The translations under genes and the position numbers were made by a program. The notes beneath the pieces were generated by a model. That model made no database searches. It saw only the letters and a program-made list of their open reading frames with translations, and was not told where the DNA came from. 64,000 nt of DNA from the NCBI GenBank assembly GCA_003332035.1, contig QOQI01000002.1, positions 31,949 to 95,948 on the forward strand. Direction: 5' to 3'. Shown here one piece after another: positions 8,328 through 19,128 of the stretch. The stretch comes from Paracoccaceae bacterium (lineage in GTDB: Bacteria; Pseudomonadota; Alphaproteobacteria; Rhodobacterales; Rhodobacteraceae). Positions within the stretch are counted from its first letter, which is position 1. Each line of letters begins with the position of its first letter.

Positions 8328-10778
8328 ATGCCTGACTTTCCAAAAGAAGCTAGAGTTGTAATTATTGGCGGTGGTGCTGTTGGAGCAAGTTCGCTCTATC
8401 ACCTAGCTAAAGCTGGTTGGACAGATTGCGTTTTATTAGAAAAAAATGAATTGACCGCAGGGTCTACTTGGCACGCTGCAGGTAACGTACCAACATTTTC
8501 AACTAGTTGGTCGATAATGAATATACAGCGATATTCAACAGAACTATACGCGAGACTTGGTGAAGAAGTTGATTACCCGATGAACTATCATCAGACTGGA
8601 TCTTTGCGCCTGGCTCATTCTGAAGAGCGTCTTCAAGAATTCAAGCGTGCCGCCAGCATGGGTAAATATCAGGGAATGGATATAAAAATACTAACGCCAA
8701 AAGAAGCTAAAGACTTATATCCTTTTTTAGAGATCCATGATCTTGCTGGCGCTCTCTATGATCCAAATGATGGTGATATCGATCCAGCACAACTCACTCA
8801 AGCTTTAGCCAAAGGAGCACGAGATCTAGGAGCCAAAATACTTCGCTTTACCCCGGCAACTGGAGTCACCCAAAAGAATGATAAAACGTGGACTGTTCAT
8901 ACGGAAAAAGGTGATATTAACTGTCAATACGTTGTAAACGCCGCAGGATATTATGCGCAACAAGTGGGAGAATGGTTCAAACCTTACGGTGGTAGAACTG
9001 TACCAATGATGGTTATGAGCCACCAGTATCTTCTATCTGAAGAAATACCTGAAATTGAAAACTACGTAAAGAAGTCTGGCAAAAAACTACCTCTTTTAAG
9101 AGATGTAGATATATCCTATTATCTAAGGCAGGAAAAAAATGGATTTAACTTGGGGCCCTATGAACCAAATTGCAAAGCACATTGGGCAACCGAAGACGAT
9201 CCAATGCCAGACGATTTTAGTTTTCAGCTATGGAACGATGACTTAGATCGAATAGAAGATATCGTTTCTGATGCCATGGAGCGCGTTCCACTCTTAGGGA
9301 CCTCTGGCGTAAGTAGAATTATAAATGGCCCAATTCCATATGCCCCTGATGGACTTCCACTGATTGGACCTATGCCTGGTGTTGAAAATGGGTTTGAAGC
9401 ATGTGTTTTTACTTTTGGTATTGCACAAGCTGGAGGCGCTGGAAAAGTTCTATGCGAGTGGATCACTAAGGGCGTTACAGAATGGGATATGTGGTCATGT
9501 GATCCTAGAAGATATACGGACCAAACCGATCATGAGTATTGTGTTGCAAAGGGTATGGAAGTCTACGGTAACGAGTACGCTATGCATTTTCCTTGGCATG
9601 AATGGCCGGCCGGTCGAAATAAAAAACTTTCGCCTGCTCACAACCTTATTTTGAAAAACGGTGGTCAGATGGGTGCTTATAATGGGTGGGAGCGTGCTAA
9701 TTGGTTTGCGAAAGAGGGAGACGATACATCAGAAGAAGCAACAAAAACCTGGAAAAGGTCTGGGCCTTGGGAAAAAAGAATTAAAGAGGAATGTGAAGCT
9801 GTAAAAGATTCTGTTGGGGTTTTGGATTTGCCGGGCTTTAGCCGTTTTGAATTGGTCGGTGATGGTTCTGCCGAATGGTTGCGTTGCCAGATAACAGGCG
9901 GTTTACCAAAAATTGGCCGAATAAATCTTGCTTATTTTTCAGACGAAAGAGGGCGCATTCTGACAGAGATGTCAGTCATGCGACATAGTGAAGATCACTT
10001 TACTTTGATTACTGCGGCTTCTGCTCAGTGGCACGACTATGAACTTTTAAGTCGATCACTCTCAAAAGGATTAGCTCTTACTGATATTACAAATGAATAT
10101 GGCACCTTGATTGTAACCGGGCCCAAAAGCCGCGCCTTATTCCAATCTTTGAATACCGAAGCTGACCTAGAAGCAAGTTGGCTAACGCACCAAAAAGCAA
10201 AAATTAAAGATATAGAATGTAATTTGGTCAGAGTAAGCTTTGCTGGGGAATTAGGGTGGGAAATACATGCACTGAATAAAGATATTGCAGCTTTATATGA
10301 GTTATCAATTCAAAGAGGTGCAAAACCTTTTGGAATGTGGGCCTTAAATTCACTCCGAATTGAAAAAGGCTATAGAGCATGGAAAGGAGATTTATCTACT
10401 GATTATTCCATGCTTGAAGGAGGGCTCGAAAGGTTTATCAAGTTTGAAAAACCTCAATCCTTTCCAGGAAAGCTAGCATTGCAAAACGAAAAACAACAAG
10501 GAAGCGCCAAAAAATTCGTAACCCTGGTAGTAGATGCTGAAGAGTTTGATGCTCCTTACATGTCAACTTTATGGCATAATGGTGAAGTTGTAGGGGAAAC
10601 AACATCGGGTGCTTGGGGCTATAGAGTCAATAGATCAATTGCTTTGGGAATGTTAAGAAGTGACTTAGCTAAACCTAACATGAATTTGGAAGTAGAAATT
10701 TATGGAGAACGTAGAAAAGCAGTAGTCCAGGAAAACGACGCGCTTTGGGATCCACAAAATGAAAGACTGCGAGCTTGA
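8328..10778 (+). CDS. FAD-dependent dimethylglycine/sarcosine dehydrogenase-like protein (DAO + GcvT domains)
   Basis: GGGAVG FAD motif, GSTWHAAG flavinylation His, and C-terminal GcvT folate domain (SFAGELGWE, SLRIEKGY). Confidence 0.85.
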   Translation: MPDFPKEARVVIIGGGAVGASSLYHLAKAGWTDCVLLEKNELTAGSTWHAAGNVPTFSTSWSIMNIQRYSTELYARLGEEVDYPMNYHQTGSLRLAHSEERLQEFKRAASMGKYQGMDIKILTPKEAKDLYPFLEIHDLAGALYDPNDGDIDPAQLTQALAKGARDLGAKILRFTPATGVTQKNDKTWTVHTEKGDINCQYVVNAAGYYAQQVGEWFKPYGGRTVPMMVMSHQYLLSEEIPEIENYVKKSGKKLPLLRDVDISYYLRQEKNGFNLGPYEPNCKAHWATEDDPMPDDFSFQLWNDDLDRIEDIVSDAMERVPLLGTSGVSRIINGPIPYAPDGLPLIGPMPGVENGFEACVFTFGIAQAGGAGKVLCEWITKGVTEWDMWSCDPRRYTDQTDHEYCVAKGMEVYGNEYAMHFPWHEWPAGRNKKLSPAHNLILKNGGQMGAYNGWERANWFAKEGDDTSEEATKTWKRSGPWEKRIKEECEAVKDSVGVLDLPGFSRFELVGDGSAEWLRCQITGGLPKIGRINLAYFSDERGRILTEMSVMRHSEDHFTLITAASAQWHDYELLSRSLSKGLALTDITNEYGTLIVTGPKSRALFQSLNTEADLEASWLTHQKAKIKDIECNLVRVSFAGELGWEIHALNKDIAALYELSIQRGAKPFGMWALNSLRIEKGYRAWKGDLSTDYSMLEGGLERFIKFEKPQSFPGKLALQNEKQQGSAKKFVTLVVDAEEFDAPYMSTLWHNGEVVGETTSGAWGYRVNRSIALGMLRSDLAKPNMNLEVEIYGERRKAVVQENDALWDPQNERLRA

Positions 10779-10856
10779 GATGCTTTAAGAAGTCAGTCAC
10801 AAAAATTAGTATAATGTAAATCACAGCACTTTTTACGAAAAAGAGAATTATATAAA

Positions 10857-11753
10857 ATGTCCGAAATTACTTTACTTGATGGGTCGATTGGTCAGGAGCT
10901 TGTGAAGAGATCAGGGGAAAAACCTACACCCCTTTGGTCCACCACAGTTATGCTTGATGATAGCAAATTACTTTCGGAGGTACATGATGAGTACTTCTCG
11001 ATGGGTGCAACCGTTGCAACAACTAATACATATCCTGTTCTTAAAGATAGATTAGAAAGAGTTGGCTTAGAAGGAAGATTAGAAGAGCTTTGGGATACAG
11101 CCATTGAAACGGCAATTAGCTCAAAAAAAAGAAATGGCTATGGTCAGGTTGCTGGATCAATTGGACCGCTGCATGCAAGTTATCGTCCTGATTTAATTCC
11201 AGATGCTATAGAAGCCTCAAAACAATACAAAAATGTAATCGCTCACTTGAGTGCAAAATGCGATGTTTTACTGATTGAAACGGTGAGTTCAATAGAACAC
11301 GCAAAAGCTGCCTTAATTGCTGCCAAAGACGTTAAAATCCCAGTATGGATTGCATTCAGCACCGAAGATTATGATGGGACAAAACTCCGTTCTGGAGAAG
11401 ATCTTTCTTTGGCAAAAAATCTTATTACTGAATACAAATTTGATACTGTTTTAATCAACTGCTCGAGGCCTGAGGTTGCTAAGGAGTCATTAAAAATTTT
11501 AGCTGATTTTAATAAACCATTCGGAGCTTATGCAAATGGTTTTACTGAAATAACGGCTGGTTTTTTAGAAGAATTTCCAACAGTAGATGCACTAAAAGAA
11601 AGACATGATTTAAGTCCCAAGGAATATGCTAAATTTGCTATGGAATGGGTTGAGATGGGCGCAACTATTATTGGGGGTTGCTGTGAAGTTGGCCCCAAGC
11701 ATATTGAAGAGCTTGCTAAAGAACTGCGAGATAAAGGTCATAAAATAGTTTGA
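10857..11753 (+). CDS. Homocysteine S-methyltransferase family protein
   Basis: LLDG start; Zn-ligand motifs INCS and IIGGCCEVGP. Confidence 0.85.
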   Translation: MSEITLLDGSIGQELVKRSGEKPTPLWSTTVMLDDSKLLSEVHDEYFSMGATVATTNTYPVLKDRLERVGLEGRLEELWDTAIETAISSKKRNGYGQVAGSIGPLHASYRPDLIPDAIEASKQYKNVIAHLSAKCDVLLIETVSSIEHAKAALIAAKDVKIPVWIAFSTEDYDGTKLRSGEDLSLAKNLITEYKFDTVLINCSRPEVAKESLKILADFNKPFGAYANGFTEITAGFLEEFPTVDALKERHDLSPKEYAKFAMEWVEMGATIIGGCCEVGPKHIEELAKELRDKGHKIV

Positions 11754-11760
11754 GGATAAT

Positions 11761-14208
11761 ATGAGTAATATTCCAAAACATGCGCGGGTGATAATTGTTG
11801 GCGGAGGAGTAATTGGGTGCTCGGTTGCATATCACTTAACTAAACTGGGTTGGAAAGACGTTTTATTACTTGAAAGAAAAAAATTAACTTCGGGAACAAC
11901 TTGGCATGCTGCTGGTTTGATTGCACAACTGCGAGCATCATCAAACATGACCAAGCTAGCAAAATATACTCAAGAACTTTATGGATCGCTAGAAGAAGAA
12001 ACAGGTGTATCAACGGGATTTAAGCGTGTGGGCTCGATAACAGTTGCTCTGACTGAGGAACGTATGGAGGAGCTCAACAGATCTGCTGCAATGGCAAGAG
12101 CGTTTGATGTTGGGATAGAAGAAATTTCTCCTAATGAAATATTAGAAAAGTATCCGCATATTAATTTAGACAAAGTTGTTGGAGGTGTTTTCCTAGAAAA
12201 AGATGGGCAAGGAGATCCAGCAAATATTGCATTAGCGCTTGCGAAAGGGGCAAGGCAAAATGGCGCCAATATTAATGAAGGCATTAAAGTAACAAAAATA
12301 CATAAATCTGGGAGAGTAGTAAAAGGTGTAGATTGGGTCAGCGGCTCAGGAGAAACAGGGCATACATCATGTGAAATGATTGTAAATTGCGCGGGTATGT
12401 GGGGGCACGCAGTCGGCAAGATGGCAGGCGTTAATATTCCACTTCACGCCTGTGAGCATTTTTATATTGTTTCAGAGCCAATAGAAGGGCTCAGCCAACT
12501 GCCAGTACTGCGCGTTCCAGATGAGTGCGCATACTATAAAGAGGATGCGGGAAAATTAATGCTGGGCGCTTTTGAGCCAAACGCAAAACCCTGGGCTGCA
12601 GATGGAATACCTGACGATTTTGAATTTGATCAACTGCAAGAAGATTTTGATCATTTTGAACCAATACTAGAAATGGCCGTAAATAGAATTCCAATGCTAG
12701 GTGAGGCAGGCATACATACTTTTTTCAATGGCCCAGAAAGCTTTACTCCAGATAATGCTTACCATCTGGGGCAAGCCCCAGAATTAGACAATTTTTGGCT
12801 AGCAGCAGGTTTTAATTCAATAGGTATTCAATCTGCCGGTGGAGCGGGCATGGCATTAAGCCAATGGATGAACGATGGCCAAAAACCATTTGATCTTGGA
12901 GATGTCGATATTTCTAGAATGCATCCTTTTCAGGGTAACAAACATTATTTATTCGAACGATCAAAAGAGACTTTAGGCCTGCTATACGCAGATCATTTTC
13001 CCTTTAGGCAAAAAGAAACCGCAAGAGGTATAAGACGGTCACCTTTTCACTCCTACTTTAAAGATCATGGAGCCGTTTTTGGAGAGCTTGCCGGATGGGA
13101 AAGAGCAAATTGGTTTTCAGAAGAGGGTCAAACTCAAGAATATCAATATAGCTGGGGTCGGCAAAACTGGTTTAAAAACTCCCATCGTGAACATATGGCC
13201 GTCCGTAACAACCTAGGTATGTATGATATGTCTTCGTTTGGGAAATTAATGGTTGAAGGGCGAGATGTTGAAACTTTCCTAAACTATATTTGTGGTGGAA
13301 ATATGTCAGTGCCCCTTGGAAAAATTGTTTATACACAATTTCTAAATCAAAAAGGAGGTATAGAAGCCGACGTAACTGTAACCAGGCTGACTGAAACTTC
13401 ATATTTAGTAGTAACACCGGCTATCACAAGATTAGCTGATCAAACATGGATGAGAAGAAATAAAGGGAATTTTGAAGTCGTAATCACTGACATGACAGCG
13501 GCAGAAGGCGTTTTGGCCATCATGGGACCTAATTCTCGGCAATTCATGGAATCCATAAGTGCTAATGATTTCTCAAACGAAACAAATCCATTTGGAACAG
13601 CTCAAGAAATTGAAATTGGAATGGGATTGGCACGCGTTCATAGAGTATCTTATGTTGGTGAATTAGGTTGGGAAATATATGTCAGTACAGATATGGCTGC
13701 ACATGTTTTCGAAACGGTTATGGATTACGCAAAAGACAGCCAACTAAAGCTTTGTGGCATGCATATGATGGATAGCTGCCGAATAGAAAAAGGCTATAGG
13801 CATTTTGGTCATGATATTACCTGTGAAGATCATGTATTAGAAGCAGGCCTAGGGTTTGCATTAAAATCAGATAAGGAGAAATTTCTTGGTCGTGATGCGG
13901 TAGTTGCAAAAAGAGAAGAAGGACTGGAAATGCGTATGGCTCAATTTCTTCTGAAAGATGCCGAGCCCTTACTCTACCACAATGAACCTATTGTACGCGA
14001 TGGAGAAATAGTTGGTTATCTAAGTTCTGGAAATTATGGGCACGCCTTAGGAGGCGCGGTTGGAATGGGCTATGTCCCTTGTAAAGGGGAAAAAACATCA
14101 GAATTGCTTGCTTCATCTTATGAAATAGACGTAGCTGGAAGTCGCGTCGAAGCAGAAATTTCCTTCAAACCTTTATATGACCCTGCGGGCGCGAGAACGA
14201 AAGCTTAA
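11761..14208 (+). CDS. FAD-dependent sarcosine/dimethylglycine dehydrogenase-like protein (DAO + GcvT domains)
   Basis: GGGVIG, GTTWHAAG, FFNGPESFTPD and YVGELGWE motifs. Confidence 0.85.
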   Translation: MSNIPKHARVIIVGGGVIGCSVAYHLTKLGWKDVLLLERKKLTSGTTWHAAGLIAQLRASSNMTKLAKYTQELYGSLEEETGVSTGFKRVGSITVALTEERMEELNRSAAMARAFDVGIEEISPNEILEKYPHINLDKVVGGVFLEKDGQGDPANIALALAKGARQNGANINEGIKVTKIHKSGRVVKGVDWVSGSGETGHTSCEMIVNCAGMWGHAVGKMAGVNIPLHACEHFYIVSEPIEGLSQLPVLRVPDECAYYKEDAGKLMLGAFEPNAKPWAADGIPDDFEFDQLQEDFDHFEPILEMAVNRIPMLGEAGIHTFFNGPESFTPDNAYHLGQAPELDNFWLAAGFNSIGIQSAGGAGMALSQWMNDGQKPFDLGDVDISRMHPFQGNKHYLFERSKETLGLLYADHFPFRQKETARGIRRSPFHSYFKDHGAVFGELAGWERANWFSEEGQTQEYQYSWGRQNWFKNSHREHMAVRNNLGMYDMSSFGKLMVEGRDVETFLNYICGGNMSVPLGKIVYTQFLNQKGGIEADVTVTRLTETSYLVVTPAITRLADQTWMRRNKGNFEVVITDMTAAEGVLAIMGPNSRQFMESISANDFSNETNPFGTAQEIEIGMGLARVHRVSYVGELGWEIYVSTDMAAHVFETVMDYAKDSQLKLCGMHMMDSCRIEKGYRHFGHDITCEDHVLEAGLGFALKSDKEKFLGRDAVVAKREEGLEMRMAQFLLKDAEPLLYHNEPIVRDGEIVGYLSSGNYGHALGGAVGMGYVPCKGEKTSELLASSYEIDVAGSRVEAEISFKPLYDPAGARTKA

Positions 14209-14213
14209 AAATT

Positions 14214-14996
14214 CTATCTTAGTTTTGGTGGCTGCAAAGCTAGCTTATTTTTGACATCGCTAGTAGCATTCTTTACTTCGCTAACCTCAGGAAACTCAAG
14301 CTTAATACCTATCTCACGGATTTTAGTACAAGCTTTATCATCATAAGTAAAATGTGCCACATCAATATTTCCCAAATCAATATCGGTAAAAGAAAGAACC
14401 TCGTTGATTGATTTTACTATTGCTTGCTGTGCAGAATTTTGAACGCCCATTAAGCAAATTAAATGAGAAGTTTCATCTTCATTATATTCGACAGCACAAA
14501 TCCAAATTTCATCAAACAATCCAACCGCAGGCATAAGTTTTTCTTTCAGTGCCTTAAACAGAACCTCGGGAAACGCTTTGGCACGGAAAAATTTTTTTGG
14601 GGTGGTTTGTACTAAATCGGGGGTCTCATCCAAAACATTTACAAACCATTTAATAATCTCCCATGGAAGCAACAATTCACCTTCAGAAATACCTAAATTA
14701 ATCCCTAACCCTACTTTTTCTTCCAACAGCATCTTTGCCAAGACACGGCCAGTAATTTGCGCAAACGCAGCGGCTTCCCCATAAAACTCAGAAAGGCTAT
14801 CTTCACTATCAAATGCTAAAGCAAAATTCTTTCCCTCAAGCTGGATAAATTTGGGTTCAAGTATTTCATTGCTGGGTTCCTGCTCGAGTAACAAAAATAA
14901 ATTTGTATCTGCAAGCACTCCATAATAATTTAGACGAGCATCATTATTTTCTGGATTCTGCGCCATTTCTACAAAAGCTTTGTTAAGCTGTGTCAT
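14214..14996 (-). CDS. SseB family protein
   Basis: LAFDSED.L..F and GLGINL segments typical of Rhodobacterales SseB; coupled to the UDG gene. Confidence 0.7.
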   Translation of the reverse strand: MTQLNKAFVEMAQNPENNDARLNYYGVLADTNLFLLLEQEPSNEILEPKFIQLEGKNFALAFDSEDSLSEFYGEAAAFAQITGRVLAKMLLEEKVGLGINLGISEGELLLPWEIIKWFVNVLDETPDLVQTTPKKFFRAKAFPEVLFKALKEKLMPAVGLFDEIWICAVEYNEDETSHLICLMGVQNSAQQAIVKSINEVLSFTDIDLGNIDVAHFTYDDKACTKIREIGIKLEFPEVSEVKNATSDVKNKLALQPPKLR

Positions 14997-15579
14997 TTTT
15001 TAAAATGCCTCTAACTTTGTGTCTCAAGACAGGTACGAGTTCTTTTTCAAACCAAAAATTCTTTTTTAGCCAAGCCTTATTTCTCCAAGAAGGATGTGGA
15101 AGTGGTAAAATTTCAGGCGAATAAATTCGCCAATTTTGAACAACATCAGTAACAGAGCTATTAGTATTAAGATGCCATTTTTGAGCAAAAGATCCCACAA
15201 GGAGTTGTAATTTCAAATTTTGAAAACTCTCTAGAATTGAAGAACGCCAAGTTTTTGCACAAATTTTTGGGGGCGGCAAATCACTTCCATTAGCATCGTA
15301 ACCTGGAAAACAAAAAGCCATCGGGATTATAGCAATATTTCTCTCGTCATAAAAATCGTCTTTGTTCAAGCCCATCCAAATCCTTAGAACATCTCCCGAT
15401 GGGTCAGAAAAAGGCACCCCGCTTTCATGAACCCGGGCGCCAGGAGCTTGCCCAGCAATCAAAATTTTAGCTGTACTTTTACCTCTAATAACCGGTCTGG
15501 GGCTATGTTTAGTCTTTGTGTTTGAGAAAATATCAGCACAGATTTTACAAAGCTTAACTTGCTCAAAGATTTCACTCAT
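14983..15579 (-). CDS. Uracil-DNA glycosylase superfamily protein
   Basis: GQAPG, FCFPG and LPHPSWRN motifs; N-terminal CxxC. Confidence 0.85.
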   Translation of the reverse strand: MSEIFEQVKLCKICADIFSNTKTKHSPRPVIRGKSTAKILIAGQAPGARVHESGVPFSDPSGDVLRIWMGLNKDDFYDERNIAIIPMAFCFPGYDANGSDLPPPKICAKTWRSSILESFQNLKLQLLVGSFAQKWHLNTNSSVTDVVQNWRIYSPEILPLPHPSWRNKAWLKKNFWFEKELVPVLRHKVRGILKNDTA

Positions 15580-15620
15580 AGCAATAGCTGAATTTTAACT
15601 TTTTTGAGATGAAAAAAAAT

Positions 15621-17882
15621 TTATCCACATTTCGAATAACCACAACTTCTACAAGTCATACATCCTTCAACCATCTGCATCTCAAACTGGCCACAGCTGG
15701 TGCAAGCTTTTGCTTTATTCTCGGAAAAATTAATAACTTGATTTGATTTTGGATCTTCTTTTAGTCCAAGTCCCTCACCTTCAAGAAAACCAATTTTTAC
15801 CATGTGTGTTTCTAAAACTCCACCAATCGCAGCAAGAATAGAGGGTATATATTTTCCGTTAACCCATGCGCCACCACGCGGATCAAATACTGCTTTTAGC
15901 TCTTCAACCACAAATGAGACATCTCCTCCTCTTCGGAAAACAGCTGAAATCATTCGTGTTAATGCGACTGTCCAGGCGAAATGTTCCATGTTTTTCGAAT
16001 TAATAAAAACTTCGAACGGGCGCCTCGAACCATTCACAAGCGCATCATTTATTGTGACATATATAGCATGTTCACTGTCAGGCCACTTTAACTTATAAGT
16101 TGAACCTTCCAACTCATTAGGCCGGTCCAATGGTTCTGACATATATATGACGTCTGCGCCCTCTTCTTCCATTGGCTTTTCTTTAGAGCTGGAAACAGTC
16201 AGTACGGATCCTGTCACATCATTTGGCCGATAAGTTGTACATCCCTTACATCCAGTTTCATATGCTTCCAAATAAACACTTTTGAAGGACTCAAAATCAA
16301 TATCCTCTGGACAGTTTATAGTTTTGGAAATTGAACTATCAATCCACTTTTGCGCAGCTGATTGCATTTTTACATGCTCTAATGGGCTCAGTGTTTGGGC
16401 ATTTACAAAATAGTCTGGAAGAGGAGTATCGCCTTTGAGATCTCTCCACATTCTCACAGCATAATCAACAACTTCTTCTTCAGTCTTGGAACCGTCTTTT
16501 TGCAAAACTTTTCGAGTGTAAGAGTAAGCAAATACTGGTTCAATCCCAGAGCTTACATTCCCAGCGTAGAGACTTATTGTTCCAGTAGGAGCTATTGATG
16601 TTAATAAAGCATTTCGAATTCCATACTTTTTAATATCACAACAAATTTCTTTATCCATTGTCTGCATGGATCCCGACTTAAGGAAAGCCTCTGCATCAAA
16701 TAATGGGAATGCGCCTTTTTCCTTGGCTAATTCCACAGATGCAGAATATGCAGACTTTGCTAAAATATGCAGCCAGCGCTCTGTTTGCGCAGCAGCTTCA
16801 TCCGAGCCATATCTTAAACCGACCATCAACAAAGCATCAGCCAAGCCAGTTACACCAAGTCCAATTCTTCTTTTGTTTTTAGCCTCCTGAGCCTGCTCTT
16901 TTAAGGGGAACTTTGAGGCATCAACAACATTATCCATCATTCGAACAGCTGTCGCGACTAAGCTTTCCAGCTCTGCTTCATTAATTTTTGCACTTTTTTC
17001 AAAGGGCTTCTCGACTAGTTGCGCAAAGTTTATCGATCCAAGCAGACACGCTCCATAAGGTGGTAATGGCTGCTCTCCACATGGGTTTGTGGCAGAGATA
17101 GTTTCGCAATAATTTAGATTATTAAGTTTGTTTATTCTGTCGATGAAAATCACACCTGGCTCAGCATAGTCATATGTGGATTGCATTATTTGGTCCCACA
17201 ACGTCCTAGCTTTCAGTGTTTTGTAGACTTCACCATTAAATATTAAATTCCAGTCACCATCATTCTTCACTGCTTCCATGAATGGGTCAGTAACTAGGAC
17301 TGATAGATTAAACATACGCAAGCGTATGGGGTCAGATTTCGCAGAGATAAACTGTTCTATGTCCGGGTGGTCACAACGCATTGTAGCCATCATTGCACCA
17401 CGCCTTGATCCAGCACTCATGATTGTTCGACACATTGAATCCCAAACATCCATAAAAGAAAGTGGCCCAGAAGCATCAGCGGCAACTCCCTTAACTAATG
17501 CACCATTTGGCCTTATAGTAGAAAAATCATAACCTATCCCGCCACCCTGCTGCATAGTTAGGGCAGCTTCTTTTAACATATTGAAGATGCCCTCCATATC
17601 ATCGGGAATAGTTCCCATAACAAAGCAATTAAATAAGGTTACTTTTCGATTTGTGCCAGCGCCTGCTGTTATGCGGCCAGCGGGCAAAAATTTAAAATCT
17701 TCTAACGCTGCATAGAATTCTTTTTCCCACTGCTCTTTATTCTTCTCAACACTTGCAAGATCTTTCGCGATTCTTGCCCATGTATCCTCAACTGATTTAT
17801 CAATAGCTGTTCCATCAGCATCCTTTAGGCGATACTTCATATCCCAGATTTGTTCGGCAATTGCCGCATCGAAACGTGACAT
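15621..17882 (-). CDS. nrdJ: Adenosylcobalamin-dependent (class II) ribonucleotide reductase
   Basis: TNPCGEQ, SIAPTGTIS and GCKGCTTYR motifs; C-terminal TSCPD-like region with a CxxC..CxxC tail. Confidence 0.95.
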   Translation of the reverse strand: MSRFDAAIAEQIWDMKYRLKDADGTAIDKSVEDTWARIAKDLASVEKNKEQWEKEFYAALEDFKFLPAGRITAGAGTNRKVTLFNCFVMGTIPDDMEGIFNMLKEAALTMQQGGGIGYDFSTIRPNGALVKGVAADASGPLSFMDVWDSMCRTIMSAGSRRGAMMATMRCDHPDIEQFISAKSDPIRLRMFNLSVLVTDPFMEAVKNDGDWNLIFNGEVYKTLKARTLWDQIMQSTYDYAEPGVIFIDRINKLNNLNYCETISATNPCGEQPLPPYGACLLGSINFAQLVEKPFEKSAKINEAELESLVATAVRMMDNVVDASKFPLKEQAQEAKNKRRIGLGVTGLADALLMVGLRYGSDEAAAQTERWLHILAKSAYSASVELAKEKGAFPLFDAEAFLKSGSMQTMDKEICCDIKKYGIRNALLTSIAPTGTISLYAGNVSSGIEPVFAYSYTRKVLQKDGSKTEEEVVDYAVRMWRDLKGDTPLPDYFVNAQTLSPLEHVKMQSAAQKWIDSSISKTINCPEDIDFESFKSVYLEAYETGCKGCTTYRPNDVTGSVLTVSSSKEKPMEEEGADVIYMSEPLDRPNELEGSTYKLKWPDSEHAIYVTINDALVNGSRRPFEVFINSKNMEHFAWTVALTRMISAVFRRGGDVSFVVEELKAVFDPRGGAWVNGKYIPSILAAIGGVLETHMVKIGFLEGEGLGLKEDPKSNQVINFSENKAKACTSCGQFEMQMVEGCMTCRSCGYSKCG

Positions 17883-18004
17883 CTAAAAACCCTTGATAGA
17901 AAATCTTAAGAACGGTAGGCAGTCACTTTAGTATTTTGAACTCTCTTGGTCAACTTGCTAGTTTTGTTAATGGCACTATCGTTTACACAAGCCTAGGAAA
18001 TATA

Positions 18005-18436
18005 ATGAGTGAATATGTAAATTTAGTAAAGTTGAGCGTAGGATCGCAAACTGTTTCTGACCTCATTGCATGGCAAAATAATCCCAGAGCGCAAGGGGCA
18101 GAGGGTTGTCCCCGTCATGTAACTCGTATGTGGCCAAAGCGTGAAAAAGAGATTGTAAATGGTGGCTCCATTTATTGGGTAATCAAAGGTCAAATTCAAT
18201 GTAGGCAAAAGATAATTCGGCTTGACGAAATCATCGGTAATGATGGAATACGGAGGTGTGCAATTGTTCTAGATAAAAATTTGATTTTAACCACGATCGC
18301 CAACAGGCGCGCCTTTCAGGGCTGGCGTTATCTCAATCCGATAGACTCACCTAGTGACTTAAATGCTATGCGTCAAAATGAAGAGCCCTTACCTCCGTCT
18401 TTAGCAGGAGCGCTTGCTGACATAGGCGTGATTTAA
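18005..18436 (+). CDS. DUF1489 family protein
   Basis: LVKLSVG, HVTRMWPKR, GGSIYWVIKG and FQGWRYL motifs; start trimmed to MSEY. Confidence 0.85.
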   Translation: MSEYVNLVKLSVGSQTVSDLIAWQNNPRAQGAEGCPRHVTRMWPKREKEIVNGGSIYWVIKGQIQCRQKIIRLDEIIGNDGIRRCAIVLDKNLILTTIANRRAFQGWRYLNPIDSPSDLNAMRQNEEPLPPSLAGALADIGVI

Positions 18437-19128
18437 TTTTTGGCTCTTAATTTTTTTAAAAGTGAATTGGCGACCTGATTTTCCTCTTGAGAAAAATCAG
18501 CAACAACAGATTTAAAAAGCGTTGCTTGTGATTTAAGGATCAAACCATCTGATAAAATTTTCAAGTGATTTGCCTTTAAGGTATCTCCAGTTGAAGTTAT
18601 GTCAGCAATAGCTTCGGCTAAACCGTTTTTTACTGCCCCTTCAGTAGCACCCTGACTATCTACAATTTGGTAGTCTGCCACGCCTGCTTTCATTAGGAAT
18701 TCCCTGAGCAGTCGATGATATTTAGTTGCTATACGTAAGCGGTATCCATGTTTATCTCTAAACTGTGCTGAGACAGCATCAAAGTCATCTAAGGTATCAA
18801 CATCAACCCAGAAGCTGGGAACTGCGATAATCAAATCTGCAAATCCGAAACCTAGTTCTGAGATAGGCTTTGCGAGTTGATTAAAATGAACTAATTTTTC
18901 TTGAATTACGTCATTTCCAGTAACTCCAAAATGCAAGCGACCAGAAGAAAGTTCTCGCGGGATCTCACTAGCCGATAAAAAAACAAGCTGAACGTTTTTT
19001 ATACCCTTAATATGTCCTGCGTACTCTCTGTCTGAATCACTTCGAACTAAGTTAATTCCGCGCTCTGAAAACCAATCAAAAGTTTGACCCATTAGTCGAC
19101 CTTTTGAGGGTATGCCCAATCTAATCAC
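18433..19128 (-). CDS. hisG: ATP phosphoribosyltransferase (short form)
   Basis: PSKGRL, IATKY, GATE and DITSTG.TL motifs. Confidence 0.95.
   Translation of the reverse strand: MIRLGIPSKGRLMGQTFDWFSERGINLVRSDSDREYAGHIKGIKNVQLVFLSASEIPRELSSGRLHFGVTGNDVIQEKLVHFNQLAKPISELGFGFADLIIAVPSFWVDVDTLDDFDAVSAQFRDKHGYRLRIATKYHRLLREFLMKAGVADYQIVDSQGATEGAVKNGLAEAIADITSTGDTLKANHLKILSDGLILKSQATLFKSVVADFSQEENQVANSLLKKLRAKN

Noticed and set aside
14228-14241. GTGGCTGCAAAGC match shared with the hairpin at 34508
   Set aside because: A 13-nt match inside the sseB coding end with no second arm; probably chance.
17883-18004. Cobalamin riboswitch or NrdR boxes upstream of nrdJ
   Set aside because: The spacer is short and AT-rich, with no convincing B12-box or NrdR palindrome.
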